A stretch of DNA of 64,000 bases from the human T2T-CHM13v2.0 reference genome, Homo sapiens: assembly GCF_009914755.1 (NCBI RefSeq), contig NC_060940.1; one strand, 5' to 3'. The position numbers were made by a program, and so were the translations under genes. Below are positions 32,595 through 46,370 of this stretch, in pieces (the stretch's first letter is position 1; each line of letters opens with the position of its first letter). Below the pieces are notes generated by a model. That model was given only the letters and a program-made list of their open reading frames with translations. It had not been told where the DNA came from and did not search any database.

Positions 32595-33804
32595 TGTGGG
32601 ATATTAGGTGATTATATATATATAATATATTATATTATATAATATATATAATAGTATATAGTATATAGTATATATATAATATATATATACTATATACTAT
32701 ATACTATATACTATATAATATATATAATATATAATATATAATATATATAATATATAATATATAATATATAATATATAATATATACACACACAGTATATAT
32801 ATAATATATAAACACACATATATATGTATATATAATATATATATATATAATATATATACACACACAGATTTTTTGTCCATGTTTCTTGGCTCATAACATC
32901 CATTGCCTTTGTTACAGTATTTTGTTATAATGTTTGGGTGCTTTAAGCCTTAGGAGCAGGCCTCAGGAAATAGAATCTCTCTCTCTCTCTTTCTCTCTCT
33001 GTCTCTCTGACCTTATCCTTCCCTCCTTTCACCTGCCCAAGGTAAGACTTTAATCTGATTTTGAGGCATAAGACCCTTATTCCAGAAAGTGTCCTGCCCA
33101 TACTTTGGAAAAAGAAATGCTAAACAGAGAGACCAAGAAGAATCTCTACACACAGGCCTTGCTGGGTTTACATCATACCCTTTTTGTCCAATCACATTTT
33201 GACATGGTTGTCCATGCTTCAATCATGGCCAACCAATGACATCTCCATAAAAGACCCCAAGGTCATGGTTCAGAGAGTTGTGGACAGCTGAACACGTGAA
33301 TGTTCCTGGAAACTGGCGTGCTTAGCAAGGGCATGGAAGCTTTGTGCCCCTTCTTCCATACCTCGCCCTACCCATCTCTTCATCTCTACCCTTTGTAATA
33401 AACTGGTCAACATAAGTAAGTGTTTCCCTGAGTTCTAGGAGCCACTCCAGAAAATTAATTGAACACAAAAACGGGGTTATGGGAACCTCAACTTGAAGCC
33501 AGTCTGTCAGAAGTTCCAGAGGCCCGGCCTTGATTATTGGTGTCAGGATGGGGCAGTGCAGGAATTATGGGGAGTCCTGGGAACTTAGCCCTCAACCTGT
33601 GGGGTCTGACACTATCTCTAGGCAGATAGTGTCATAATCGAATTGGAGAATACCCAGCTGGTGTCCACCGCAGAATTGATTGCTTGCTTGCTGGTGGGGA
33701 GAAATTCTCATATATTTTGGGATCACAGAAGTTTTCTGTGTTGATTGTTGTTATGTTGGTAGGAGAGCACAGGAAAAAGATGGTCTGAAGGTTTTTCCAG
33801 AACA
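32595..33804 (+). mobile_element. MER21A-like LTR with expanded TA tract
   Basis: TGTCCATGTTTCTTGGCTCATAAC...CCTTTGTTAC, AATAAACTGG, CAACCTGTGGGGTCTGACACTATCT motifs; TG...CA ends. Confidence 0.8.
32612..32866. repeat. (TA)-rich simple repeat
   Basis: About 250 bp of TATATAA-type units. Confidence 0.9.
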
Positions 33805-36800
33805 GATTCTTTTTTTCTATTTCTGTGAAAATACCATTAGAACTTTGACTGAGATTGCATTGGATCTGTAGATCGCTTTGGTAAGTGTGGACATTTAACA
33901 AGATTAATTCTAATCCATAAATACTGCATGTCTTTCAATTTATTTATTTATTTTTCAGTTTATTTCATCAATGTTTTATAGTTTTCATTATGCAAGTCTG
34001 TCACCTCCTTGGCTAAATGTATTCCTTAAATATTTTGTTACTTTTGATGTTATTGAAAATGTAGTTGTTTTCTTGATTTCCTTTTAAACAGTTCACTGTT
34101 GATGTAAAAAAATGCTACTCATTTTCGTATTTTAATTTTATATCCTGCAACTTTACTGAATTTATTTATTTCAACAGTTTTTAAAATAGAGTCTTTAGAG
34201 TTTTCTACCTATATAATCATGATGTCTGCAAACACAGACTTTTTGGTCTTCCTTTATTATTTGGGTGTCTATTATTATTAGTTTTTTATCTAATATTTCT
34301 GGCTGGGACTTCCAGTAGTATATTGAATAAAAGTCACAGGAGTGGGCATCTTTGCCTTTTGCTGAATCTTAGAAAGAAAGCTTTTGGTTTTACTTCATTG
34401 ATTGTGATGCCAGATACAGACTTTTCACTAAATGGCCTTTTGTGTGTGTGTGTTAAGTTCTTTCTGTACCTATTTAGTTGAAAATTTTTATCATGAATGG
34501 ATGTTGAATTTTGTCAAAACATTTTTTCCCATATCATTGAGATTATAATATGGTTTTCATCTCTTCTTTTATTAGTGTGATGTATCGTATTGATTGATTA
34601 GTGTATGTTAAACTAACTCTGCATCGCAGGGATAAATACTACTTGCTTAAAGTGCTTTCAACACTTCGAATACTTCATCTGATTGCCATCTAACCTTCAA
34701 GTTCTCTACTGAAATATTCTATGCTAGTCTAACGATACTCCCTTGCATAAAACTAGTCACTTTTCTGTTGCTGCTTTCAAAATTCTTTTTGTGTTTATTT
34801 TTTGACAGTTTGATAATAAGGTGTCTCAGTGTGGGTCTCTTTGGATTCATCTTATTTGTTGTCTTTTGGGCTACCTGGATCTGTTTGTCTATTTCCATCT
34901 CCAGATTTGGGAAGTTTTCTACCATTAACTCTTTGATTAAGCTTTCTGCTTCTTTTACTTTCTCTTCTCCTTATAGAACTCTCACAATGTGTATATTAGT
35001 CTACTTTATAGTGTCCCATAAGTCCCTTAAGTTGTCTTTATTCTTTATTTTTCTCTACTCTTTATTCTTCATTTTTATTTCCTTTTTGCTTCTCTGACTG
35101 GGTGATTTTTAGTTCACTCATCCTTTCTTCTGCTTGACTGAGTATGCTGCTAAACTCCTCTACTGCATTTTTAATTAAGTTATCATAGTCTTCAGCTGTT
35201 TTCTGCTTGGTACTTTAAATAATTTTTTTCTATCTCTTTGTTGAAATTCTCAGTTTGTTTATTCATTGCTCTTACAACTTTAGTGAGCACCTTTATGACA
35301 GTTATTTTGATTCTTGTTGGATAGATTACATATCTCCATTTTATTAGGATTGGTTTCTGGAGATTTATCTTGTTCTTTTGTTTGGAGTATATTTTCCCAT
35401 TTCTTTAGTTTCCTTAATTCTTTCTTTGGTTTCTACACATTAGATAAAATATCTATCTTTGCCCCTCCTCACAGACTGCCTTGTACAGAAGATGAACCTC
35501 GCCAATCAGCCCAGACTGATATTCTGTTTGCCTTCCAAGCTTTGGTGCTTGTCCAAACCACTGCCTTTGTTCTTAGTGGCTCCCAGTAAATCAGAGTATG
35601 CCAAATTCCATCAGTGCACCAACACAGGTGAGACAGAAACCAGTTTCTTGAGTAGCAGCCAGAAAAGTTGAGGTGCTAGATGCATGGCCCAATTCCTTCT
35701 TTCATCAGCGAGAAGCTAGGAGTTGAAGTTTATTATCTGTTTGTAGTGAGCATGGAGAAGAATTGTGGCAAATGCCTGCATTCTCCCTCAGATCATATGC
35801 AATTTCAAACCATTGCTTTGCTTTCTGTCCCCCATGGTCTTAGCAAATGCTAGGCCCCATCAGTTCTCAGAGACAGGAAAGTTAGAGGCAGTCCTTGGGT
35901 AGCAGCTAGAAAAGTTGGGGGGATTGATGACTATAAGCCGAGTTCCTTATAGTGAGAAGCTGCATTCTTGGTGTTATCAAAGGAATGAGCTGAGGAGAGG
36001 AGCCAAGGGAAGTGCTCACATGCCTGTTCAGTCGCTAGGCCACAGGAAGTGTCCAAATACCCATTCAATTTCAAGGAAACTAGTGATTTCTTGCCCTGTC
36101 AGCTCCTGGAGACAGGCAAGTTAGAAGCCAGATCCTCTGGAAGCAGCTAGAAAAGTCAGGACATTGGATATGCGGTCTGACCTCTTCCAGGGAGAAGCTG
36201 AGAGTTCAGCTTTGTTGCCTCCTTGCTTGGTGATGAGCTAGGAGGAAAAGGCAAGGAAAGTGCTATGCATTTGTTTAAAGCTACCTCTTTTTTCTTTCTG
36301 GTCTATGGAGACTAGTAAATGCTGAACGTCATTCAGAGATAGGTGAGTGAGCTTGGAGCCAGTCCCTTGGGTAGCAGTCATAAAAGTTGTAGTGCTAGAT
36401 ATGTAGTCTAAACAAACTCTTTTCTCCTCAGGGAGAAGCTTGGAGTTGGGGATTCCCTCCCAGTTGTATGGTGCTGTGCTGATAATGAGATTTATGACAA
36501 AAGTGTGTCTTACCCATTTTCTACCCATGTCAATGTGGAATAATTTTCTCATTTACCAAGTGTGCAGGAGACTCTCTACTAGTTTATGGATTTCTCTTAG
36601 AGGTATTCATCCATGCATAGCTGTTTATTCAGTGTATCTGTAGCTAGAGGGAGAGTCCAGAGCCTACTCCTCTTCTGTCATGTTGCTGATATCACCCAGG
36701 ATAACTTTTCAAACAATGATAATTACTTTCCCAGGGATTAATGGTGGTGTTTGGATTCCTAAGTGTTTGTTCTCTCAATGTCCCTCACATTGAAATTCTT

Positions 36801-36855
36801 CTGATTAATTTTAGTGTTAGTCTGTTACTTCTTTTCCTGTTCCTTTAAATTTCTT

Positions 36856-37181
<326 letters not shown>

Positions 37182-37200
37182 TTAGTGTGCCTAACTCAGG

Positions 37201-37633
37201 TGTAGGAAAACAGCATGTTGCATGGTGAGAGTGATGCCACCTTGAAGCAAAACTGCCATGATGACCACTGTCTGACCCTCACATAGGTGTTCTGCAGGAA
37301 GGTCTTTAAACAGTGCCTGTAGCATAGATAAAACCTCATAAAGATGCTTCTCTAACCTACCCAAATGTTCATGATCCTTTGGCAAGAAAGTTTGAAGACA
37401 TGAACAGCTTAACCTGTCTTATCCTAAAAGCTTGCTACTTAAAGGCTATTTTCTGGATGGTGAATATAGAGGATCCACTGTCTCACATTCACTCAAGGCA
37501 TCATTTCTGTTCTTTAGTCCCTATTCCTTTATTTCTTTCTGAAAAACTGGATTTGTCAGCCTCTTTCTTTGGCCTCTCATCTCCCCCAGCCTTTGGGAAT
37601 AGGTTTGCATATATAGGAGTTCAACCCAGAACA
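37201..37633 (+). mobile_element. Solo LTR (LTR47-like)
   Basis: TGTAGGAAAACAGCATGTTGCATGG...GAAGCAAAACTGCCATGATGACC...CCCAGAACA; subfamily from memory. Confidence 0.6.
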
Positions 37634-40400
37634 CTCTAGTAACTGATATTTTTAATTTGATATAAAAGTATTTTGTAAACCAAGATATCAAATAGCAACC
37701 ATTATCACAATTGTGGCAAGACAGGAATACATGGATTCTGAGTGAATATTCAAGAGACTCCCTTTTAGCAAAGAGTAATTGACCTCAGTGCATGCCCTCT
37801 GCAACATATATTTTAGAAATCCTGAGTTCTTTTTGCTTTTTTTCCTGATACTCAGTTGTGCACAAAGAATATTGAACATGTTTCTAAGCCAGAAGATTTT
37901 CAGCATGAGAATTTTTAACAGAAATAACATAAATGTTGCAATTCACAGAGCATTTAGGAGTCTCAACATTTGTAACTTTGAAGAGTAGAGGGGAAAGAAA
38001 ATGAAAGAACTTGAAATTTTAACATTTTCAAAGCTGTTCCCTTCATAAATTTTTCTTGTCTTAATATGGTGAAAAACTGATCTGACTAGTCATCTTTCAT
38101 GCCTGGCTTAGATTTTTTTACAAAGCAGTATTTCCCTGGCCAAATGGACCATTTACTTATTTATAAAAAGTGTTGTGGTGAGAAAGTTAAAACATACTTT
38201 CTCATTCTCACCTATGTGAAAAGAAAATAGATTGTTCCCTTAAGGACCTTCTCCAAATTGTCTATATTGTACAACACACTTACTATTTATTGAGCCCTTG
38301 GTAAACACACATCATTGTGAGAAATATTTTTCTTGAATTAACTTGCTTTGGATTTTTAAATGATCCTTTGGGAAGGAGAATATAATAATACTGATTTTAT
38401 AAATGAAGGTACTGAGGCTCAGAGAATTTATGATATAGAGGTGACAGTGAGACAGAATGAGATAATTAAATGTCCAGATAAGTGATTTTTGAACCAATAT
38501 TGATTTTCATGGGGGCACTTTGGAGTCTTGATATTTATAATTGTGAAGAGCAGAGAGGGTCCAAAAGATTACTATGAACTGGCCTGAGTTATTTTAAATC
38601 ACAGATATAGGGGAGGGACTTACTACCAAAGTGACCTTCATATTGCTACGATACTTTCTTGGAAACACCATTCTAGTATTATAGACAAGATGGTTTGCTC
38701 TGGATGTGAGACCTTTGGGAAGGAAGAGTGTCAGTCCCCTTGATCTATCTGAGAGTATCTCTGTTACGTTGATAACTCATCTATTAAATACTTGGCTTAG
38801 TTTAGGATACTCTATACCCTCAACTTCAACCCATTGTAGGGTGGAGCAAAGATGCCCCTTGAAAAGGGAGGGACAATTTGGAGTTTTACATCTTGTGAAG
38901 TGGTACATTGGATTTAATCCAGAGTCATTTATATCAGTCTACTCTAAATGGGAGGCTTTAGGGAGAAGTCTTGCTAGGAGTGGAATTGAGAGTTGCATCA
39001 GTTTTGACGTTTTCTTTAATAGACAACTTAAAATAAGAAGAAAAGCATTGTGAAGTTTTGGATGGGATGAAAATTATGGAGATGGGTATGTGCAAAGTCA
39101 ATGTGACACTAAGTTTAGAGTGAGATCCTGAAAGAGAAAAGCTTCTGTCCTTGGCATCCAATCAGAAAATATTAATACTGGGGGTGATGATCTTTTTTCC
39201 TGACAAGTAGAACAGCATTGGTGGAAAAGAAGAGCAGTGCAAAGAGAAAAGAGAATAATTGATGAGAAAACTGTCCAACCCCATTTCCTGACAAAGCAAA
39301 CCCACTTCTTCAGAAATAACAGGTAGAGCCAGCATAACTTAAAAAGACCAGTGATGTCAAATCCATGACTATTCAAGCTGCAGAATTTAGCCTTGGCAAA
39401 TAAAGAAAAGGCTCCCAAGATATCAAAGGAGAAATTGTCATCAGGGGATGCTAAGGAGAATTGACACTGTCAAGGAAAAATAAAATTCATTCAATTAAGC
39501 CAAACTCACTTGAACACTTTGGTACTGAACATTGTGATAGGCTGGGAAAACAATGATTGCAGGATGTAATCATTACCCTCAAGGCAAATTCAGTTTGATA
39601 AAAATGAGGTTCTAGGAGTTGCACTTAAAAGCCCCAGAGTTACACAACTTACTCATTCTCATTCTCTTTTACTCACTCTCACTTGATTACACTTTCCAAG
39701 CAACAGGTGCCATTGCATAGTAGCTTTCATATTTTTAAGATGTAATTTACAGAAAAGATTGCACACTTTTTTCAACCTGCATGTCAGATTTTGTGGGGCT
39801 GTAGAGCCTCCTGCTGAGAAGAGATGTAAGTCATGAATGAACTCTGTGGGAAACAGCATTATGGAACAGAGATTTGGGTATAAAATGACAGCAGGGATGC
39901 CTATATACCACACACTCACCTCTTCTGTCTGTTAGATCTTTTGTTTTACACAAGCCTGTCTTTGGAATATTGAATATAAAAATGACTTGTGAACTTCCAT
40001 GTACTGTACAAGCATAATGAGTAATCATACTTTATTATTTCTACAATCCACTTTTATGTGTGAAGCAGTGAGTGAGTCTTGATGCCCTGTGCTAAAACTT
40101 TAAGGCCAAATATCTCCTTTATTTGGTCCTTGTAGGAGTAAGCAATAAAAAATGTTGCACACACCTCAATTCCTCTGAAAATCTTTCATAATAGGGCCTT
40201 ATTTATACCTTTGTTATGGTACTTAATAAGTCATAATACATTTTGGAAGAGTTCTCAGACTATTCCAAAATGAGATGAGTTCCTTAGGGAAGAAGTTGTG
40301 TCATTGACTCTGGATGTCACTTTTATACACAAAACATTTTCAAAAGATAAATGAACAAAGAAATTATTACAAGGGAAATTGAAAAGAAGAGAAGTAAAAT

Positions 40401-40492
40401 GGAAGGGAGGAAGGAAGGAAAGAAGGAAGGAAGGAAAGAAGGAAGGAAGGAAAGAAGGAAGGAAGGAAGGAAAGGAGGAAGGAAGGAAGGAG
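40401..40492. repeat. (GGAA)n microsatellite
   Basis: Purine-only tract of GGAA and AGAA units. Confidence 0.95.
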
Positions 40493-40982
40493 ATTTCTGT
40501 TAGAAAAATTGGAAACAAGGAATAAACAACTCATACTTTCTTTGCTCATGAAACCACATGTTTTGTAGCATTAGTATCACCTTTCTACTACTGGTAGGAG
40601 ATGAGGTCTGGGGCGAAAGGTGCAGAAATGGATTAAAAACAATGTGCTATGGGTAATGTTGCATGCACTAATATTACATGCTTCACTGCTTATCTGGTTA
40701 TTCACTTTTTACACCTGTCCTCAGGGACCACATAGACGAGACATTTGATGTCATGGTTTTGTGTGATCATCATTGTTAATTTGGAGGCAATGTTTGCCTT
40801 CTCTTTAGTTAAGTTGATAGGCCATGCTGGCAAACATGGTGTATTAAGCAGAACCTTGAATAGAGCAAATGTGGATTGAATATTGATAATAGATAAGCAT
40901 TCAACCTGGGCTCATGTGGAGAGGAAGAGAATGTGGAATTATGGTAATTAAAGGCCCAAAATGTTGGTGATGTTTTCTAATG

Positions 40983-41150
40983 CAGGGATTGGCAAAGTTT
41001 TATTGTAAAGGACCAGTAATAAATATGGTGAGTTTTGAAAGTCATACTGTGTTATCACTACTCAACTCTGCCATTATAGTATAAAATCATGGTTGTGTTC
41101 CCATAACACTTTATTTACAAAAACAGGTGGCCAGCCCACAGGCCATAGTA
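40983..41150 (+). mobile_element. MER58A-like hAT-Charlie DNA transposon (MITE)
   Basis: CAGGGATTGGCAAA...CTACTCAACTCTGCCATT...ACTTTATTTACAAAAACAGGTGGCCAGC. Confidence 0.8.
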
Positions 41151-42320
41151 GACAGTAATATAATATCCATGTGCTGCTAGAATTATAGTACTGCATCACT
41201 GTTAGTCATCCAGCCTTTTAAAAAAGTATTCTGATATCTCACTACCATATGAGTCAAGCTTTTCTAAATAAAGATGTGTGCGTGTGTAATGTGAAATTGT
41301 CATTTTTGTTATATGTCTGGACTGTGACCACACATTAATTTAGATCTAATCTTGGAAACAGCAGTGGAGAAGACAACTGTTTTCATGTGAGATCCTCTCC
41401 AATATTTGAAGATGGCTGCCATATTCTTTTATTTTAAATAGTCTTTTAAATTTAGAACACTTTTATATTTACAAATATCATTGTAAATATAATACAGAGA
41501 CGTTCTACATATTCTATATGGTTTCTTCTATTGTAACATGTTAGAATAGTACACTTGTCACAATTAATGAACCAATATTGATACATTATCATTAACTTAA
41601 TTTTATACATTATTCAGATTTCCTCATTTTTTCCCTAAATGTCTCTTTTTTTCCTCCAAGATCCCATCCAGGATACCAAATTACATTTAGTAGTCATGTT
41701 ATATCAGACTCCTCTTTCCTGTGACAATTTCTCAGACATTCCTTATTTATAATGACCTTGAGAGTTTTGAGAATTACTGGTCAGTTATCTTCTAGAATGT
41801 CCTTCAATTGGGATTTGTCTGAAGCTTTTCTCATAATTAGACTGGAGTTTTGGGTTTTCAAATGAAGACTATAGAAGTAAAATACCATTCTCGTCACATC
41901 ATATCAAGGGCACATACTTTCAACATGACTTACCACAGTTGATGTTAATATTAATCACCTGTAGATGTTGTGTTTGTCAGGTATCTCCACTGGAAAGTTA
42001 TTCTTTTTTTCTCCTATTCCACACTGTATTCTTTGGAAGGCAATTGTTATGTGTAATCAACACTTGAGTGAGGAGTTATGCTCTGCTTCTTTAAAGGTGA
42101 AGTGTCTTCACAAACTGCAATTCTTCTGCATTGGAGATTTGTCTATCTCCCATTTACTATCTATTTACTTAATCATTTATATCAGTTTAGACTTACAGAC
42201 ATTTATATTTTGGATTATAATCCATAACTACTTTATGATGTTGCTCAAATTGTTCCAGCTTTGGTCACTGTGAGTTCTTTCAGTTTGCTCTTGTGTCCCT
42301 TTGACATACCTCAGTGACTG

Positions 42321-42322
<2 letters not shown>

Positions 42323-42363
<41 letters not shown>
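42323..42363. repeat. (TG)n microsatellite
   Basis: About 20 TG units. Confidence 0.95.
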
Positions 42364-42365
<2 letters not shown>

Positions 42366-45300
42366 TTATCACTTCCTTACCTTCTGGATCTATAAGATGT
42401 TCCAGGTTCATCTTGTATATTTCTTATCCCAGTCCTAAAATTAGACATTTCTCAGAGAAACCCTCATTCTTTTTATTGGAGAATGGTATTAAAAACCAAG
42501 TTCTGAGTGTTGGATGTGCTCATTGCTACTGAGATATTACAGCTTCCAGGACCTCTCAGTTGACAAGGAGTTACATGTGTATGCTAACCCATGCACACAC
42601 ACATACCTGCAAGTATTTCTGTGCCTATAATAAGCTAAACATGAGTTTATACTGATGTCTCCAATTCAGATCCATTACTACATAAAATGCTCTTTTCATC
42701 TTCCATTACTTATCTGCAATATCCCTTTCCAACTTGCTTCTACCTCTGCCATCCATGTACTTAATTGTTCAATTCCAGTATACATGACACAGTGGTTTTA
42801 GAACCATTAACTTGTATACTTATGGGGAGCAACTTTATCAACTAGAATACAGTACTTATATACAGTTCCTTTTGCCTCTAGTCCTACAGACTTTATTCAC
42901 ATTTAAAGTTACTTGTATCAGCAACTTATTCCACCTATCCCACCACCCACTTCAGTGAGGTTGTTTCATAAATCTGTAATGAATTGTTTTTTGTCACGTT
43001 CTACATTGGATCTTGGGATTCTCCAGCCTCTTAAATTTTTTAAAATTTGCGTTGGTTAAGTATATTCATTTTTGAAAATGTGAATATATTAACTATAGTC
43101 ATCATTATAGTCATCATTACAGTGGCTTACAGAATAGTTTCACCACCCTGAACATGTTCAGTGTTTAATTTATTTAGCCCTCTCCTTTTCCCCACCCACT
43201 GTGTTCCTGGCAAGCACTGAGCTCTTCATTATCTCTGTAGTTTTGCATTTTCCAGAATGTCATATAACTGCAATAGTACAGTATATAGCTTTTTCAGACT
43301 GACTTATTTTGATTAGTAATATGTATTTAAGATTCATCCATGTCATTTCAGGGCTTGTTAGTTCATTTTTTTAAATCTCATATTCGGTTGTATGAATGCT
43401 CCACAGTTTATTTATCAATTCTTCCTTGGCAGAACATCTTAGTTGCTTCCATTTTTTATGATTACAAATAAAGACGCTGTAAACATTTATGTGCCAGTTT
43501 CTGTGTGGACATAAATTTTGAAATTAGTTGGGTAAATGCCTAGCAGTATGACTACTGAATTGTATAATGAGATTTTGTACAGTTTTGTAAAAATCTGCCA
43601 AGCTGTCTTCCAAAGTGGCTGTACCATTTTTCATTCTTGTCAGCAATGGATGAGAGTTCCCGTTCTTTCACATCCTCACCAGTAATTGCTATTGTTAAGC
43701 TTTTGGATTTTAGCCATTCTAACAGGTGGAGAGTGGTATCGCATTTTTTAAAAAATTAATTCCTTAATGACAAGTAATTTTCAATATCTTTTCATATGCT
43801 TTCATTTCATATGGTTTCATTTGCCACTTGCATATCTTCTTTGGTGGTGTCTTAAATCTTTTATCTATATTTTAGTTATTTTTATCATGAGTTTTTAGAG
43901 TTCTTTATCTACGTTGGATACAAATTCTTCATTAGATACGTCTTTTGCAAATATTTTCTCCCTGCCTATGGCTTGTATTTCATTTCCTTAATAGAATCTT
44001 TTGCAGATACTTTTAAAATCATAATGTTAATAATGTTCAATTTATGTTTTTTTCTATTACATGGTGTATTATTGATATTGTATTTTAATCTCCCCCCACT
44101 AAACCCAAGGTGATGTATATTTTCTCCTATGCTTTCTTTTTAAAGTTTTAGAGTTTTTCATTTTAAACTTAGATCTTATGATTCATTGAAATGAGGTTTT
44201 GTGCAAGGTTTAATGTCTGGCTTTGGTTTTGTTAATATTATTTTGTACATCATTATTATTTAATAGAGTGTTCAGTGTTTCTGGATTATTTCTTGTAAAG
44301 ACTATCGTTTCTCCTTTGAATTGCCCTTTGCTCTTTCATCAAAGATACATTGACCATATTTTGTGAGTCTATTTCTTGGCTCTCTTTTCTGTTCCATACT
44401 TCTATATGTTTTTTCTTTAGTTCCTACTGTACTGTCTTATTTACTGTACCTTTTTAATAAGTCTTGAAATTGGGTAGTGTAAATCTCCTAGCTCTGTTTT
44501 TCTCCAGTATTGTGTTGGACATTCTAGGTCTTTACTCTTTCCATATAAACTTTATAACCAGTTTTTCAACATCTGCAAAAGAGTGTGCTGGGGTTTTATT
44601 GAGGTCGCTTTGAACCTTTAGAGCATGTTGGGAAAAAATGACATTTTAACAAGATTGAATCCTCCAATTCATGAATCTAGAATATCTATTTATTTCAGTC
44701 AAAGTATTTATTAATTTAGATTTTTTTATATTCTTATCAATATTTTTATAGTTTTCTCCATATATATCTTATATACATTTTCTTAGATTTATACCTAGAT
44801 ATGCCATATTATTGTGCTATTATAAATAGTAATTTTAAAATTCAAATTGCAATTGTTCATTACTGGTATGTAGAAAACCAATAGACTTTTGTATACTAAC
44901 CATATATCCTATCTCCTTCTATACTTGCTCATTAGTTACAGAAGTTTTGTTGTTATTATTGTTGTTTTGATGATTTTTTAAAGATATTCTAGATAGATAA
45001 TCATATCATCTGCAAAGAAAGCTTTATTTCTTACTTTCCAGTCTGTATACTTTTGTTTTCTTTCTTATTTTATTGTGCCAGCTAGTAGTAATTCAGTGCA
45101 CCATTAAATAAGAATAGTGGCAGGAAACATCTTGCCTTCTTTTCTAAGCAAGAAAGCATATGGTTTCTCGCCAATAAGTATAATGTTTGCTGCAGAGTTT
45201 TTGTAGATGTTCTTATCAAGTTGAAGAACTTTCCCTGTGTCATTAGTTTGCTGAGAGTCTTCCTCATGAATTAATACTGGGTTTTGCCAAATTTTCTGCT

Positions 45301-45570
45301 TTAGTTAATATAATCGTGTATTTTTTTTTCATCAGCCTGTTGCATTGGTTACATTTATTAATCTTGGAATGTTAAAGCAAACTTGGATACTTGGACTAAA
45401 TCTCATCTGGTTGTAGTATGTTTATTCTTTTTATCCACTGTTAGATTGATTTGCAAATATTTTATTGAGAATTTTTGTATCCGTATTCATGAGAGATATT
45501 AGTATTTAATTTACTTAATTGTTATGTCTTTATCTGGTTTTGGTATTAGGGAAATGCTCACTTTAAAAAA

Positions 45571-46370
45571 TTTTCTTTTCTTGTTCTAATTGACATATAA
45601 AAATTATGTATTTATGGTGTACAACATGATGTTTTGAAATAGGTATATGTTGTAAAATAGTTAAATCAAGCTAATTAACACAATCATCATTTCACATATT
45701 TATTTTTGCAGTGAAAACACAAAATCTACCCTCTTAGTAATTTTGAAGTATATAATCAGTTGTTATTAATTATAGTCATCATGTTGTACAATAGATCTCT
45801 TGAACATGTTATTCCTGTCTAACCAAAATTCTTTATCCTTTGATTAACATCTCGCCAATCTGCCTCCACTCCCTCCCTAGTACTTGGTAACCATTGTTCT
45901 ACTTTGCTTCTATGAGTTAGACTTTTTTTGAATTCATATATAAGCAAGATCATGGTATTTGTCTTGCAGTGCCTGGCTCATTTCACTTAACACAGTGTCC
46001 TCCAGGTTCATCCATGATGTCATAAATGACAGGATTTCCTTCATTTTAAGGCTGAATAGTATTCCATTGTGTATAAATTTCATATTTTCCTTATTCATTC
46101 ATCCACTGATGAACACTTAAGTTGATTCCATATCTTGGCTATTGTGAATAATGGTGCAATAAACATGAGAGTGCAAATATTTCTTTGACATACTGATTTC
46201 ATTTCACTTGGTTATGTACCCAGTAGTAAGGTTGCTGGGTAATACAACAGTCCTGTTTTTAATTTTTTGAGGAAACTTCACGCTGTTTCCCATAATGGTT
46301 GTACTAATGTACATTCCCACTAACAGTGTGCAAGGATTCTCTTTTCTCCATGTCCTCTCCAACACTTACT
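45571..46370 (-). mobile_element. L1MA 3' end nested in the older L1
   Basis: L1MA-type 3'UTR (ATGGTGTACAACATGATGTTTTGA...CATGTTGTACAATAGATCTCTTGAAC); host ORF2 resumes at about 46380. Confidence 0.8.

Larger units (their letters stand above)
31310..36697 (-). mobile_element. Ancient L1M with 5'UTR, ORF1 remnant and internally deleted ORF2; interrupted by MER21A
   Basis: ORF2 remnants (31903-32142), ORF1 remnant ENFPNL..IQVAQ..RPTLRHLIIKLSK (34719-34925), 5' terminus GGGTGATATCAGCAACATG. Confidence 0.8.

Noticed and set aside
35630-36450. Periodic repeats as a CRISPR-like array
   Set aside because: The context is eukaryotic L1, the ~240-bp units are highly diverged, and there are no identical repeats with unique spacers
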